DNA from: a virus
Reading direction: 5' to 3' (one strand)
IMG/VR virus record: IMGVR_UViG_3300007517_000007
Coordinates: 7,285 to 71,284 of that record
Length of the DNA stretch: 64,000 bases
This document shows positions 19,632 through 29,913 of this stretch, piece after piece. Under the pieces are notes generated by a model, which did no database searches, was not told the DNA's origin, and worked only from the letters and a program-made list of their open reading frames with translations. Both the position numbers and the translations under genes were made by a program. Numbering within the stretch: the stretch's first letter is position 1; each line of letters starts with the position of its first letter.

Positions 19632-19983
19632 CCCGCTCATGGATCTGGTTCTCGTGGCGTTGGATCGCTGCCCGACGTGCGGGAACCAGATCGTGGAAAC
19701 CGTATGGGCCGAACCGGCCCTGTTCTTCCACGGCGGCTACGGCGCTACCACAGAGTTCCGGGTTCGTCGATGCCCGGCGTGTCGGTGGTCTCTGCCACGA
19801 GACGAAGCGACGACGAACCCCCGGTCGGGGCTCCGCACCACGCGCAACGTCCCGACGGGGCCAGCGAATGCGAGCAGTTCGGTTCGCCCTTCGGGGCGTG
19901 ACCGGCGCAGTAGCTGACACCCATCGCGTACACTGTCGCCTCTTGCGTGCACCGGGCCTTGCTGTCCGACACCCAACCGCAGA

Positions 19984-20595
19984 TCACTCAGCGGCCCGGC
20001 GCGCCTCGTCCTCAGCAGCAGCGACGACACTGGCGGCGAGCATCACCCGGTGAACCTCAAGGATCTCACCGATCGCGTTGTTCAGCTCGACCCTCGACGG
20101 TGACTCCACTCGACGGATCGTGGCCTGCGGCACACGGAACGACGTCGTCGACTCCGGTTGCGTGTCGTCGGGTTGCGGCTCCACGTTGAACGACACCTCG
20201 TACAACGACGGCCACCGACCCTCCTGCGCCATCGTCAGCTGCGACGCGTACATCAACGCCTCACCCCGCTCCGACGTCACATACACCGACTCGGGATCCG
20301 AGTTCAGCAACGGCCTTCGACCGGTCACCGACGGCGGCAGGATCAGATCACCACGCTTCCATCCGGACGGACCGGCATGCCACCACCGCAACGGGGACTG
20401 CAACCACCAGGGCATCGCGTTCGTGCCGTCGGTTCGTTCCATGAACACACCCATGACCTCACGGACGGCGTCGCGTGGATCGGTCCCAGCGACGAACTTG
20501 CCGGTCACCCGATCATGAGCGAACGGTGCCGTTCGCTTCGGTTCCGTCAGCTCGATGAACGACTCGCTGTCCTGGCCGTCAGGCTGGTCGCTCAT
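19984..20595 (-). CDS. Arr-like ADP-ribosyltransferase
   Basis: WWHAG....GDLILPP...VYVT.....ALMYA...LYEV...PDD. Confidence 0.6.
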   Translation of the reverse strand: MSDQPDGQDSESFIELTEPKRTAPFAHDRVTGKFVAGTDPRDAVREVMGVFMERTDGTNAMPWWLQSPLRWWHAGPSGWKRGDLILPPSVTGRRPLLNSDPESVYVTSERGEALMYASQLTMAQEGRWPSLYEVSFNVEPQPDDTQPESTTSFRVPQATIRRVESPSRVELNNAIGEILEVHRVMLAASVVAAAEDEARRAAE

Positions 20596-21320
20596 CACAG
20601 CTTCACCTTGAAGTTGCGGCCGGAGCCTTGCGTCCCGTTCGGGATCCACGACACACCGAACAGGACGTCCCCCTCGACGAGTTCGAGGTCCATCTCCGTC
20701 TCGACGCCTTCCTCAGTCCAGAACCACACACCGACCTGGTCGCGCTCGAACTCCCACGGCCAGCCCTTCGACTCGTCGACGATGGAGAACTCGACGTCCC
20801 CATCAGGAAGCGGCTTCGACACCATGCGTTGCAGATGCCCGGCCTTGACCCGGGCGTCGATCCACGCCCGCAGTTTCTTCATGTCGACTTGCGGTCGCAT
20901 CTCCACCGCGGAAGGGTGAACCTTGCTCAACCATTCAGCGACGTCAGCGTCGGTCTTGTCGATCGTGACGACAACCGGACGCGACGTGATGTCACCGTTC
21001 GGTACCCGGTGCCCGAGTTCACCGAACCCGAGGAACGCCTGCACCGCGAAGTCCTCGACGCTGGACCTCAGCCGGGAGATCCGGCGTTCGGTCGGCCCGA
21101 CCGCTTCGGCCCGACGCCGATTCAATCGGGACAGCTCAGCGTTGTGGAGAGCGTCGTAGGCGTCCACAGTGTGCTGCAACCGGTACCAACGGCCAAGGAT
21201 GCCGTTCACGCGCTCCAGAGACGTCAGCGGGGGCCGTGGGGGCCGATCCGGGGCAGGTTCCGGGGCGTCGGCGTCGGCATGCGGGGGGATCTCGTCGATC
21301 ATGTTCGGATGAGCGGTCAT
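20595..21320 (-). CDS. Mu Gam-like host-nuclease inhibitor
   Basis: N-terminal coiled coil; VPNGDITSR...VDMKKL; leaderless promoter at 21327-21347. Confidence 0.55.
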   Translation of the reverse strand: MTAHPNMIDEIPPHADADAPEPAPDRPPRPPLTSLERVNGILGRWYRLQHTVDAYDALHNAELSRLNRRRAEAVGPTERRISRLRSSVEDFAVQAFLGFGELGHRVPNGDITSRPVVVTIDKTDADVAEWLSKVHPSAVEMRPQVDMKKLRAWIDARVKAGHLQRMVSKPLPDGDVEFSIVDESKGWPWEFERDQVGVWFWTEEGVETEMDLELVEGDVLFGVSWIPNGTQGSGRNFKVKL

Positions 21321-21350
21321 CTTCACAGTGTCGCACACGGTCCGACAGTC

Positions 21351-21611
21351 TTAGGCGGCGACCATGCGGATCATGCCACCGCAATTCTTTGCTGCTTTCG
21401 CTGCGTCACCCGGATCGTTGTGCGGGCTGCCGACCTGGACGCCGTCGACGAACACCGCGAACGCCGCCGCGACGTTCGAGGTCTCTGCCCGAGTCCGGAT
21501 CTGCGAACCCGGATGGACGTCACGTAGCTGCTCGGCTTCGACCCGGTCGGTCACGGACGCGACAACGACACCGTCCGACGCAATGTCGTACACGGTGGTG
21601 TTGACCTGCAC
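21351..21611 (-). CDS. Small hypothetical protein
   Basis: Last ORF of the late operon; start uncertain. Confidence 0.4.
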   Translation of the reverse strand: MQVNTTVYDIASDGVVVASVTDRVEAEQLRDVHPGSQIRTRAETSNVAAAFAVFVDGVQVGSPHNDPGDAAKAAKNCGGMIRMVAA

Positions 21612-21658
21612 GGTGGTGGCCCGACTGGCCGACCTGGTCCTGTCGCCTCAACCCATCG

Positions 21659-22030
21659 TCACTCCCCGAGGCGGCGCTGCATGTCGGCGATCGTGATTTC
21701 GTGGAGGTCGATCGTCTTTTCGCACGCACGAATCCGCGTGTCCGATTCGCGTTCGTACTTCAACAACTCGCGCCCTGCGGCGCTGATCTTGTCGTCCTTT
21801 GCGATCGCTTCCTTTTCGAGGTCGTCGATGCGGAGTCTCAGCTTGTTGTTCTCGTCGATGTAGAAGTTCGTGAACTCCCGCTGAAACTTGATCATCCACC
21901 GGACGATGAAGATGAGCCCGATGACACCGGACGTCGCCAGGAGGCCGACCGCCGGGAGGTTGACGTCGGTGATCGTGTCTGTCAGCGAGTTGTCGACCTG
22001 ACCGATCAGCCATTCGAGTGAGGCGATCAC
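21659..22030 (-). CDS. Membrane and coiled-coil protein (lysis-associated)
   Basis: One transmembrane segment followed by a coiled coil. Confidence 0.5.
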   Translation of the reverse strand: MIASLEWLIGQVDNSLTDTITDVNLPAVGLLATSGVIGLIFIVRWMIKFQREFTNFYIDENNKLRLRIDDLEKEAIAKDDKISAAGRELLKYERESDTRIRACEKTIDLHEITIADMQRRLGE

Positions 22031-22473
22031 CTGGGGCCCCAGACCTGCACATCTGCCGCCCGGCGCGAGATGGCGACCAGGTTCAAGAACCCGAAGACGA
22101 GCGCCGTGGCTGCGATCAGCACCCATATCGACGAAACGGTGGCCTGCTCACGAGCGTCGTACACCTCAGCGCCGAACATGGCGATCTCGACCGCTCGCAT
22201 TACGAGCCCGACGGAGAGCAGGGCCGAGCACCAGATCGTGACTCGACCCGACCACGGATGCGTCAACCACACGAGCGCGACGATACCGAGCACTACGAAC
22301 GGGACCGCTTTCATCGGGTCGTTCAGCAGGATCTCGTTGGCGACCACAGCGTTCCAGAACATGACCGCAGCCAGGAGAGCCAGCCACACTCTGAGCGCCA
22401 GACTGACCCGCTTCAACGGGTGATGCGACGGCAACTGCGAATTGTGTGTGACCTCGTGAACCTTGCTCATCAC
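22027..22473 (-). CDS. Four-TM membrane protein (holin-like)
   Basis: Four hydrophobic segments. Confidence 0.55.
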   Translation of the reverse strand: MMSKVHEVTHNSQLPSHHPLKRVSLALRVWLALLAAVMFWNAVVANEILLNDPMKAVPFVVLGIVALVWLTHPWSGRVTIWCSALLSVGLVMRAVEIAMFGAEVYDAREQATVSSIWVLIAATALVFGFLNLVAISRRAADVQVWGPR

Positions 22474-22895
22474 TCGTCGTTCGTCGGTTCGACCAGGCAG
22501 GTCGCAACCGCCTGTTCGCGTTCTGTGGCGGCGGCTTCAAGCACGACGGTCAGGTCGACCAGTTCTGCGGCCACCTGTTCGAGCGACTCGGCGCGTGACA
22601 GCAGGATGAGCCCTTCGGCGATCTTGGCTTGCAGCCGACCCTGTGCAATGGCGTGCTCGTTGACCACGATGGATCGGCAGGTCAGCTCGGTCCGAAGGGC
22701 AGCGTTTTCGACGCTTGCGTTGTCAGCATCTTTCTGCGCCGATGAGGCAAGACCGACTACCAGAGTGAACGACAGCACCATGACCAGGACCACCACAGCC
22801 AGTGACGCAGTAGCAAGCGACAGCGATCGTTGCGACAATCTGCGGACCGACTCGTTCTCAGCCAGTTGCTCGGACGTTTGCAGCTGGTCGCCCAT
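22470..22895 (-). CDS. Single-TM membrane protein
   Basis: TM segment plus helical ectodomain with two Cys. Confidence 0.55.
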   Translation of the reverse strand: MGDQLQTSEQLAENESVRRLSQRSLSLATASLAVVVLVMVLSFTLVVGLASSAQKDADNASVENAALRTELTCRSIVVNEHAIAQGRLQAKIAEGLILLSRAESLEQVAAELVDLTVVLEAAATEREQAVATCLVEPTNDE

Positions 22896-22946
22896 GACGG
22901 CATGCTACTGCTCGACGGACGCGCGAGGTGGTCATGGGCCTGATTG

Positions 22947-24656
22947 TCAGCCCTCGAAGAACCAGAGTCTGGCGTCCTGGTTTGACGTTGTACCGATGGT
23001 GAATAGTTGGATCGGGAACGTCAGGGACGCATGGAAGAAGTTGGACCCGGCCCCTCCGCCACGAGACCAAGACTGGAATGCCGGAGCGCTGTTGATCCCG
23101 CCGCCACCGCCGCCGTTCACGCCACCGCCGCCTCCTGCACCCCCGGCAGGACGTTGCGCGAAGCTACCGGCGCTATTGACGTTGCGGCCGTTGCCGCCCA
23201 AGTATGACGATCCGGCCGATCCACCCGTCCCGCCAGCGCCGAGAGGGCCGCCATTCAAGGTGGTGCCACCTCCGCCGTCGGACGGAGCATTCGTCCCGGC
23301 GTTGCCACCGTTGAGGGTTCCCGGCTGGTAGTAGGGGCCCGCTACGCCTGCGCCGTTGCCGTTTGTTTGGAACGATGAAGTAGTGCCGTTCCAAAACGAA
23401 CCGCGTCCGCCGCCGCCGCCGAGCACGGCCATCAACGTCCCGTTCCTGTGGATCCGGCACGAGCCGGACCCGCCCATGCCTCGCTTGTCTGGGATCGAAT
23501 CGACGAACGTGTTGAGACCGCCACGTCCGCCGTCAGGGTACCCACCGAACCCGCCGAGATCGCCGGGCAGTCCGACGCCGCCGACGGTGACCTCGATGAG
23601 ATCCCCACCGACGACCGGGATGTCGAAATAGGCGGGGTACCGAATGAAGAACCCGGCCCCGAGAGCCCGGACTCGCAGCCTGGTAATGGCATGCGGGGCG
23701 GGGCGCGTCGGCACGGTGAAGCTGTAATCACCGGCGGTGTCCAAGTACCGAAGCAACGGTTGCGGCGCGAACTTCTGGCCTGGAGGGACGAAGTACGTCT
23801 GCCAGTCGCGTAGGTCTTGACCGTCGGGCATCCCACGGAACACGGCAAGAGCACCGCAGCCGTACACGTACTCGTCGGTCCCGGCGGCCGGTGCGGATGT
23901 TCGTCGTTGCTCACCCATGAACGCGGAGACGTTGAACGATGGCACCGATGCGTTGATGAGCCCTGCGTTCATATTGACAACCGACGCCGACGACACGCGA
24001 GGACCGAAACCAGGAACGGTCGGGAAGAAGCTGATGTTGCCGTTCGCCGCTCCGACTTGCATCACCCCGTTGATCCACAGATAGATCAACTTCCAGTTCA
24101 GGTCGTAGTGAACGACCATCAAACCGGGTTGCAGCTCGGTGCCGATGCGGGTGCCGTCAGCGCGTGGCTGGGCGAAATCCCACGGGCCCATCGGCGTCAC
24201 CGGGCCGTTCCTGTACACGGAAGGACCAATATTCGGCTCAATCTGGAGGGATGAAACTCCAGTTATTGTCGACCAGGAAGCCTGATGTTGGCCATCCATA
24301 TTCGGGATGCGATAGGTGAACCCGGCCTCGGGTGCGCGCAGATTCACGACGGCCATCAGAGTCCAGCCGCCAGCAGCGTTGTTCCCGCCGAGCTGCGCCC
24401 ACGTTCTCACCAGCTGGTTGCCGAGAAACCTGAAACTGTTATTCGTGACGGTGTCGCCGCGGAAATATTCCCCTGCGCTGCCGCCATTCTGGAGGATCGG
24501 GGTCATGACAAGTCCTGGGCCGAGCGAACCCTCGTTGACGAGAGTGTTCGGCATCCCTGTCCACTTGCGGCTGTCGAATAGCAGCAGCGGTGTGGCGTCG
24601 AGCGGGCGCGTCGCCGCCGGGGCGGTCGTGAACTGCGCGTACTGTCCAGCGGGCAC
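22947..24656 (-). CDS. Gly-rich tail fibre / receptor-binding protein
   Basis: LamG-like beta region, then GGGGG-rich domain typical of actinophage minor tail proteins. Confidence 0.7.
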   Translation of the reverse strand: MPAGQYAQFTTAPAATRPLDATPLLLFDSRKWTGMPNTLVNEGSLGPGLVMTPILQNGGSAGEYFRGDTVTNNSFRFLGNQLVRTWAQLGGNNAAGGWTLMAVVNLRAPEAGFTYRIPNMDGQHQASWSTITGVSSLQIEPNIGPSVYRNGPVTPMGPWDFAQPRADGTRIGTELQPGLMVVHYDLNWKLIYLWINGVMQVGAANGNISFFPTVPGFGPRVSSASVVNMNAGLINASVPSFNVSAFMGEQRRTSAPAAGTDEYVYGCGALAVFRGMPDGQDLRDWQTYFVPPGQKFAPQPLLRYLDTAGDYSFTVPTRPAPHAITRLRVRALGAGFFIRYPAYFDIPVVGGDLIEVTVGGVGLPGDLGGFGGYPDGGRGGLNTFVDSIPDKRGMGGSGSCRIHRNGTLMAVLGGGGGRGSFWNGTTSSFQTNGNGAGVAGPYYQPGTLNGGNAGTNAPSDGGGGTTLNGGPLGAGGTGGSAGSSYLGGNGRNVNSAGSFAQRPAGGAGGGGGVNGGGGGGINSAPAFQSWSRGGGAGSNFFHASLTFPIQLFTIGTTSNQDARLWFFEG

Positions 24657-25127
24657 TCAACCACCCGGCCCCTCGAACGGTGGTCCGGGACAGTAGCGCA
24701 GCATGATGTTCAACCCGATCGAGTCCTCTGATGCGTCTTCGCTGACACGGACCCAAATTACGTCGTAGGCGACCACCGGGATCGAAACCAGTTCCGCCTG
24801 ATAAGTGCCGAACATCAACTCCGACGTCCACAGCACCACCTCGAACGGAACGTGACCGCGCATGATCTGAATCCGGACGCCGCCGGAACTTGGTGGCTGA
24901 ACCACGGTGCGGACGACCTCACGAACCGTCTCGGCATCCACCGGCGAGTAGATGACCGAGCGCAGCAGTGCCGACGGCGGAGAGAAGATCACGCCAGGGA
25001 AACTGAACGGCGGCATCTCGCACACGCCAGCGCTTTGCCGCCTGACGCGTGTCGGAGTGCGAGTCGCCGACGGATCGAAGACCGGTGCGTGGGCCGGGGA
25101 GAACACACTGGCTTTGCCGCTGGTCAT
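24657..25127 (-). CDS. Minor tail protein (in frame with the next gene)
   Basis: ATGA overlap upstream; its TGA abuts the GTG of the next ORF. Confidence 0.55.
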   Translation of the reverse strand: MTSGKASVFSPAHAPVFDPSATRTPTRVRRQSAGVCEMPPFSFPGVIFSPPSALLRSVIYSPVDAETVREVVRTVVQPPSSGGVRIQIMRGHVPFEVVLWTSELMFGTYQAELVSIPVVAYDVIWVRVSEDASEDSIGLNIMLRYCPGPPFEGPGG

Positions 25128-27190
25128 GACGAGGTCGCCGACTTTCCTTCGTTCCACGAGAGCCGTGAAATCCGTTGTTTCGTGTCGCCGGTCAGTACCC
25201 GGCCGAGCCCGGAGAGAAGCTCGTAGTCCTCGCGTTGGCGTTGCTGCAATCGGGCTTCGAGTTCCAACGCGATTTCTGGGCGGCCGAGTTCGTTCTGGTT
25301 GACGGTGATGGACTGCACCTGTTTCCATGCCAGGTTTCCGTCAGCGTCGACGACACGCACGTTCTGGCCGGGACCGTACGCCCAGTACGGGCTGTCAGCA
25401 TCACCGAGTGGGTCGATCTCGCACACGATCGCATGCAACGGGGTGGCGTTCTCGACGAGCATCGCGTTGGCTTGCTGCAACGCGTTCTCGATGGTCGGCG
25501 CGTCGACGGTCATGAACCCTTCGTACACCCCCCACAACGCCTGCGACGCTACGTCTTGGATCTCGAAGTACCCGTACGTCCATTTCACCAGGTACTTGTT
25601 GATGACGTCGATCTGAGGGACGAAGTCTTGCGACCGGAGGTTCTGCGTGGCAGGGTTCCCGGTTGCCTGATAGGTGACGCCACTGTCGGTCGCGATCGCT
25701 CGCTGGTTGAACACTTGGATGACCTGCCCACCCGGCTTCACACGCCAGTCGATCCAGCCTTGGTCGACGAGACCTTTGAGGATGTCCATGACGGACCCAC
25801 CGATCGGCACAGAGAAACCGGGCACGTTCGGCCACGGGTTGCCGAGCGAATCGTTCACTGCGGTGAAGTCGTACACGAACCCGGTGACGACCCCACGGGC
25901 CTGCGCTTCGCTGATCGCGTCGATGAGGATCTGGCCTGGTGTCCATCCTGGTTCCTGACCGGGGTACGCCAACGACGACCACGACGAATCGGTCACCACG
26001 ATGTTGCCGCCCTCGTCAGGTGGGATCGGTTTGCCGTCGTTGTCGAGGCGGACAGCCGCCATCAGGAACCCGGCCGGGTTCAGGTACTGCGACGGCCACT
26101 CAGAGTTGATGCAGATCGCAGCGAGGTAGTACGTCCCCGGCGGCAGCAGCATGTCGACCTGCTTGTACTCCTGCCAGCAGTGCATGTTGACCAGCTCACC
26201 GACGATCGGCGTGCCGTCGAGATACAGCGTGTAGTAGTTGTCGCCGGTCACGAAGAACCCGACGTTCGTTTCGCTCGTCAACGTGAACTCGCGCCGGAAG
26301 TACGAGGTTCCCACCTCGAACGTGTCATCCTGCGACCAGATCCAGTACGCATCGTCGATAGGCCACCCGATCGGGGCCGGGACCAGCACCGACTCAATGA
26401 TTTCCTCGATCCCGAACGCTGTCGACGTGTACTCCACGATTGACGCCCGGGTCGGGTTGATGACGTTCGCTTTCCAGGTTTGGACCGCCGGTGCCCACCC
26501 GGCGAAGTTCGGGTAGTCGATCGACGCGAACGAGTACAGGCGATGCTGCGCGTTGACCGGGTTCACCGGACCCTTCGGTGGATAGATTTTCGCGTTCTCC
26601 AGACGCGACGACCGGCCCCGCCCGGCGACGTCGAGGCGTTGCGCTGCTTCCTCGCCCTCGGAATGCAACACGATGCGCGGCTTCGCGAGGATCGCCCAGG
26701 TGTACACGACCTCACCGAACATGTAGCACCACACCTCGGTGCCGGGCTTGACCAGAGCGACGTCGGGGTCGTCGAGCTGCAACTGGAGGGCCCCGGATCC
26801 GACATCGTTGAACACGTCCTGGAATCGCGCCCCTTGCTGCGTGGTCAGGTCCGACAGTTTCACTGCCGGGGTGGCATCGGTCCCGATCGTCCACAGCTCG
26901 GCGTACATGCCTGGCTCGAACTCGTCGACCCACGGCGGCACCGGCTCCGGTGGCACCGGCGGCGCTGGACCGGGTGGGGGCGGAACCCACGGCACCGGCG
27001 GCGGGATGATCGCAACCAGTTGAATGCTCGGCCCGACGACCGGTGTGCGCGCGTCGAACGATGCCAGGTCGATGAACTTGGTCTGCGGGCCACCGAGAGC
27101 GACGCTCTGCGGGCCGATGACAGGCGTCGCGCCGTCGAAGGTGCCGACGTCGATCCACTGCTCTGAGCCCAGAAAGAGCAGAATCGGCAT
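25124..27190 (-). CDS. Minor tail / baseplate hub protein
   Basis: FQDVFNDVGSGALQL; inserted carbohydrate-binding-like domain (YFRREF...DNYYTLYLDG). Confidence 0.75.
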   Translation of the reverse strand: MPILLFLGSEQWIDVGTFDGATPVIGPQSVALGGPQTKFIDLASFDARTPVVGPSIQLVAIIPPPVPWVPPPPGPAPPVPPEPVPPWVDEFEPGMYAELWTIGTDATPAVKLSDLTTQQGARFQDVFNDVGSGALQLQLDDPDVALVKPGTEVWCYMFGEVVYTWAILAKPRIVLHSEGEEAAQRLDVAGRGRSSRLENAKIYPPKGPVNPVNAQHRLYSFASIDYPNFAGWAPAVQTWKANVINPTRASIVEYTSTAFGIEEIIESVLVPAPIGWPIDDAYWIWSQDDTFEVGTSYFRREFTLTSETNVGFFVTGDNYYTLYLDGTPIVGELVNMHCWQEYKQVDMLLPPGTYYLAAICINSEWPSQYLNPAGFLMAAVRLDNDGKPIPPDEGGNIVVTDSSWSSLAYPGQEPGWTPGQILIDAISEAQARGVVTGFVYDFTAVNDSLGNPWPNVPGFSVPIGGSVMDILKGLVDQGWIDWRVKPGGQVIQVFNQRAIATDSGVTYQATGNPATQNLRSQDFVPQIDVINKYLVKWTYGYFEIQDVASQALWGVYEGFMTVDAPTIENALQQANAMLVENATPLHAIVCEIDPLGDADSPYWAYGPGQNVRVVDADGNLAWKQVQSITVNQNELGRPEIALELEARLQQRQREDYELLSGLGRVLTGDTKQRISRLSWNEGKSATSS

Positions 27191-27199
27191 GTCGTCAGA

Positions 27200-27928
27200 C
27201 TACGCAGTGCACCGACACGCACCGATGACCGGGTCTTCGACCAGCATCGGATCCGATTCGGGGTCGGCGCGCAGGAACACCTGGTCGTACAGCAGCTCGG
27301 CGTCGGGTTCCATCTTCGCCCAGTGCCCGCCGTACCACTCGCCAGGGTCACGATCGAGATCCGCTGCCGCGCCGCGGCGCACCTTCGCCAGGAACTGCTC
27401 GCGTGACCGGTTCGGGAAGTGGTGGATGACGACCCCGTCGACAAGCCGTCCGTCGTCGTGCCCGATCCGGTGGTTCCCGAACGCGATGGTCATGTCGCGC
27501 TTGCTCGATCCGAACACCTTGCCCGACGGCGACGAACTCGCGCTACGCCACCTGAGCCGCTCAACCGGGGCAAGCGCCGGGTCGTCGAGCACGGTCGGCA
27601 CACGATCGAACACCGGCACCCGATGCACCCCCGACCGCCGCTCCCAGTCGGCGAGCCCGACCCACAGTTCGTCGGCATCGAACGGCACCACGAAGTCAGC
27701 GCCAGCGTCGATCGCCATCCGTGCAAGGCGCGTCATGATCCTCGACTGGTGGAACCCGGGCTCCGGGTCGTCGATCACGATGACCGGTAGTCCCGCCAGG
27801 ATGTCCCGTGTGCCGTCGGAGGACATCTGGTCGGCAATGATGACCATGTCGACCTGTGCGGCCATGTGAGCGACCGTGGAGGCGATGACGTCAGCCTCGT
27901 TCTTCACCCACGAGAAAGCGACGATCAT
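27200..27928 (-). CDS. Glycosyltransferase family 2
   Basis: VKNEAD, D..SSDGT, PFDADE, HHFP.RS. Confidence 0.85.
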   Translation of the reverse strand: MIVAFSWVKNEADVIASTVAHMAAQVDMVIIADQMSSDGTRDILAGLPVIVIDDPEPGFHQSRIMTRLARMAIDAGADFVVPFDADELWVGLADWERRSGVHRVPVFDRVPTVLDDPALAPVERLRWRSASSSPSGKVFGSSKRDMTIAFGNHRIGHDDGRLVDGVVIHHFPNRSREQFLAKVRRGAAADLDRDPGEWYGGHWAKMEPDAELLYDQVFLRADPESDPMLVEDPVIGACRCTA

Positions 27929-28968
27929 CCCCAGTCGAGGTCGACTTCGATAGAGATTCCGAAGTCGACCGTTGGGATCGCTTCCCGGCAGATGAGTGAC
28001 ACGAAGCCGATCTGTTGCGACGCTGAACTCGAAGGGGAAACAATGGGAATGTCGAGGCCGGTGATCTGCCCGTAAAAGCGTGCCGGTGGTCCGGCCACGT
28101 ATTGGATCAGCTTGTGCTGGTCAGATGTCGGCACCTTGCGGAACTCGAAGTGCTCCACGACATTGCTGACACTCGCGCCAGTCCAGACCGTGTTGTCTGC
28201 GCCAGGCGACCAGAAATCGCCGCTCACCAGCAGTAGGTCCAGATCGCCGAACAGGACACTGTTCGGGTAGATCCTGATGGACCTGACGTGAGCCACTTTC
28301 CCGTTGTCGCTGTTGCTGTCGCGTGAAGGGACGATGCCGACCTTGTTGCCGATGAACTCCCCGACTGCGTACGGAGGAGCAGTCGGCTCGAAGTATCCGC
28401 TCCAGGTTTCCAATGACTGGACGACCTTGGTAATGGTGTGCTGAACGGGATCTTGCGCCAAGATCAGTCGAGCCCAGGATGTGTTCGCGATCGACACGGC
28501 CGAGCCGTACAACATCAAGCGGCACGCAACGGCACCGTTGGTCGGGATGAGGAACACGTCGCCACCATCAGTCCCGGTCTGGCCGTCCACCCCGGACACC
28601 TTGAAGCCGTCGTTGTGCTCGTAATCATTCACAACGCTTCGCACCCCCGACTGAGTCCGAAGGGGCTGCAAACGCTCCCAGTCGGCCGCATACCAGCGGC
28701 CCCCAGCGAAGTATTGGAGGCTCACCCGCAGCTGATCGGTCAGGTCTCCGTTGATGTCGACCAGGACGTGCGATTCCATGCCGTTCAGCGCAATGACGGT
28801 CGGCGTGTCCGAAAACAGGGTGATCCCGGTGGCTGCCTGCAACCGGGTGTTCAGGTTGCGGGCGGTCTGGTGGAACAGGTCGTCCGCACCTTGAGTGACG
28901 TAGTCACCGGCGACCTTGCGGGGGATCGCCGCAGCGTCTCTGATCTCGATGTTCTCGAAGTTCGTCAT
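27925..28968 (-). CDS. Putative structural protein
   Basis: Position in the tail module; beta-rich; RBS. Confidence 0.55.
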   Translation of the reverse strand: MTNFENIEIRDAAAIPRKVAGDYVTQGADDLFHQTARNLNTRLQAATGITLFSDTPTVIALNGMESHVLVDINGDLTDQLRVSLQYFAGGRWYAADWERLQPLRTQSGVRSVVNDYEHNDGFKVSGVDGQTGTDGGDVFLIPTNGAVACRLMLYGSAVSIANTSWARLILAQDPVQHTITKVVQSLETWSGYFEPTAPPYAVGEFIGNKVGIVPSRDSNSDNGKVAHVRSIRIYPNSVLFGDLDLLLVSGDFWSPGADNTVWTGASVSNVVEHFEFRKVPTSDQHKLIQYVAGPPARFYGQITGLDIPIVSPSSSASQQIGFVSLICREAIPTVDFGISIEVDLDWG

Positions 28969-28981
28969 GGTGTGGTTCTCC

Positions 28982-29392
28982 TCAGATCCGGAACATCTTG
29001 GTCGACCCGTTGGACCAACGCACGGTCACGGCACCGCCGTCAGTCGCGACGGAGATCATCACTGCGGCGGCCGTCGTGTCGTAGAAGATCACGACCCTCG
29101 ACGTGGCGGCGCTGCCGGTCCACTGGTAGACGACGATCGAGCTGATGGTGTCACCGATGAGTACGGCTGGGAAGGTGATGTCGTCGGCGTCGCACACACC
29201 GAGCACGTTCGTCTTGCCGGTCAGGTTGGCCGACACGGCAATCTCGGCGGCGGCGACGTCGTTGTAGAAGTCGTGGGCAGCGCTGTACACGTAGGTGTTG
29301 TCGAGCAGGGCGACACGCCAGTTCTGACCGGCCCAGTCGAGGCCCGCAGCTGCGAACGCCTGTCGCGACAGCGGGTACATCTCGTTGGCCAT
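28982..29392 (-). CDS. Minor tail protein
   Basis: LTGKT...GVCDADDITF...GGAVTVRW...MFRI, a known actinophage virion family; promoter at 29399-29419. Confidence 0.65.
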   Translation of the reverse strand: MANEMYPLSRQAFAAAGLDWAGQNWRVALLDNTYVYSAAHDFYNDVAAAEIAVSANLTGKTNVLGVCDADDITFPAVLIGDTISSIVVYQWTGSAATSRVVIFYDTTAAAVMISVATDGGAVTVRWSNGSTKMFRI

Positions 29393-29430
29393 GTCAGCAG
29401 ACTACGCGACGGTGCGACACCCGACAGGAA

Positions 29431-29913
29431 TCAGGGAAGGAACCGACCGGCGGGCACCAGCATCGTCGTGCGGTACACAGCGAAACTGGCATCCTCGATC
29501 TCGTTGACTTGCGCCAACGGCTCGAACTTGACGTCGGCGCTGATGGTGCCACCCCACGGGAGGGTGAGCACAGCGTTCCGGGTGCCGCGCCCGGTGGCGA
29601 CCGGCGAGAACGCGTTGTTCCACAGTTGCTGGACGTTGTTGTACAACCCCTGCCACCTGTCGGCGTAGGGCCCTCCGACCGAGTTGGCTTCACCGTTGAC
29701 GTACAAGGTCATCTCGTACTCCGACTGGTCTACCCGGCCCGGGTAGGAACGCTGCCCGGACGCCGTCGGCAAGATCACGGTGTCGGTGCGGATCGCGAAC
29801 TCCGCCCACAACGCCTGGTAGCCGGTCAGATCCCAGCCGGGACAATTCAACGGGAACGCGCCAATGTGCATTCGCCCGTAGCACCCGAACTCGTCCTCGC
29901 AGAACCCGGCCAT
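29431..29913 (-). CDS. Distal-tail (Dit)-like protein
   Basis: Immediately follows the tape measure gene. Confidence 0.6.
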   Translation of the reverse strand: MAGFCEDEFGCYGRMHIGAFPLNCPGWDLTGYQALWAEFAIRTDTVILPTASGQRSYPGRVDQSEYEMTLYVNGEANSVGGPYADRWQGLYNNVQQLWNNAFSPVATGRGTRNAVLTLPWGGTISADVKFEPLAQVNEIEDASFAVYRTTMLVPAGRFLP

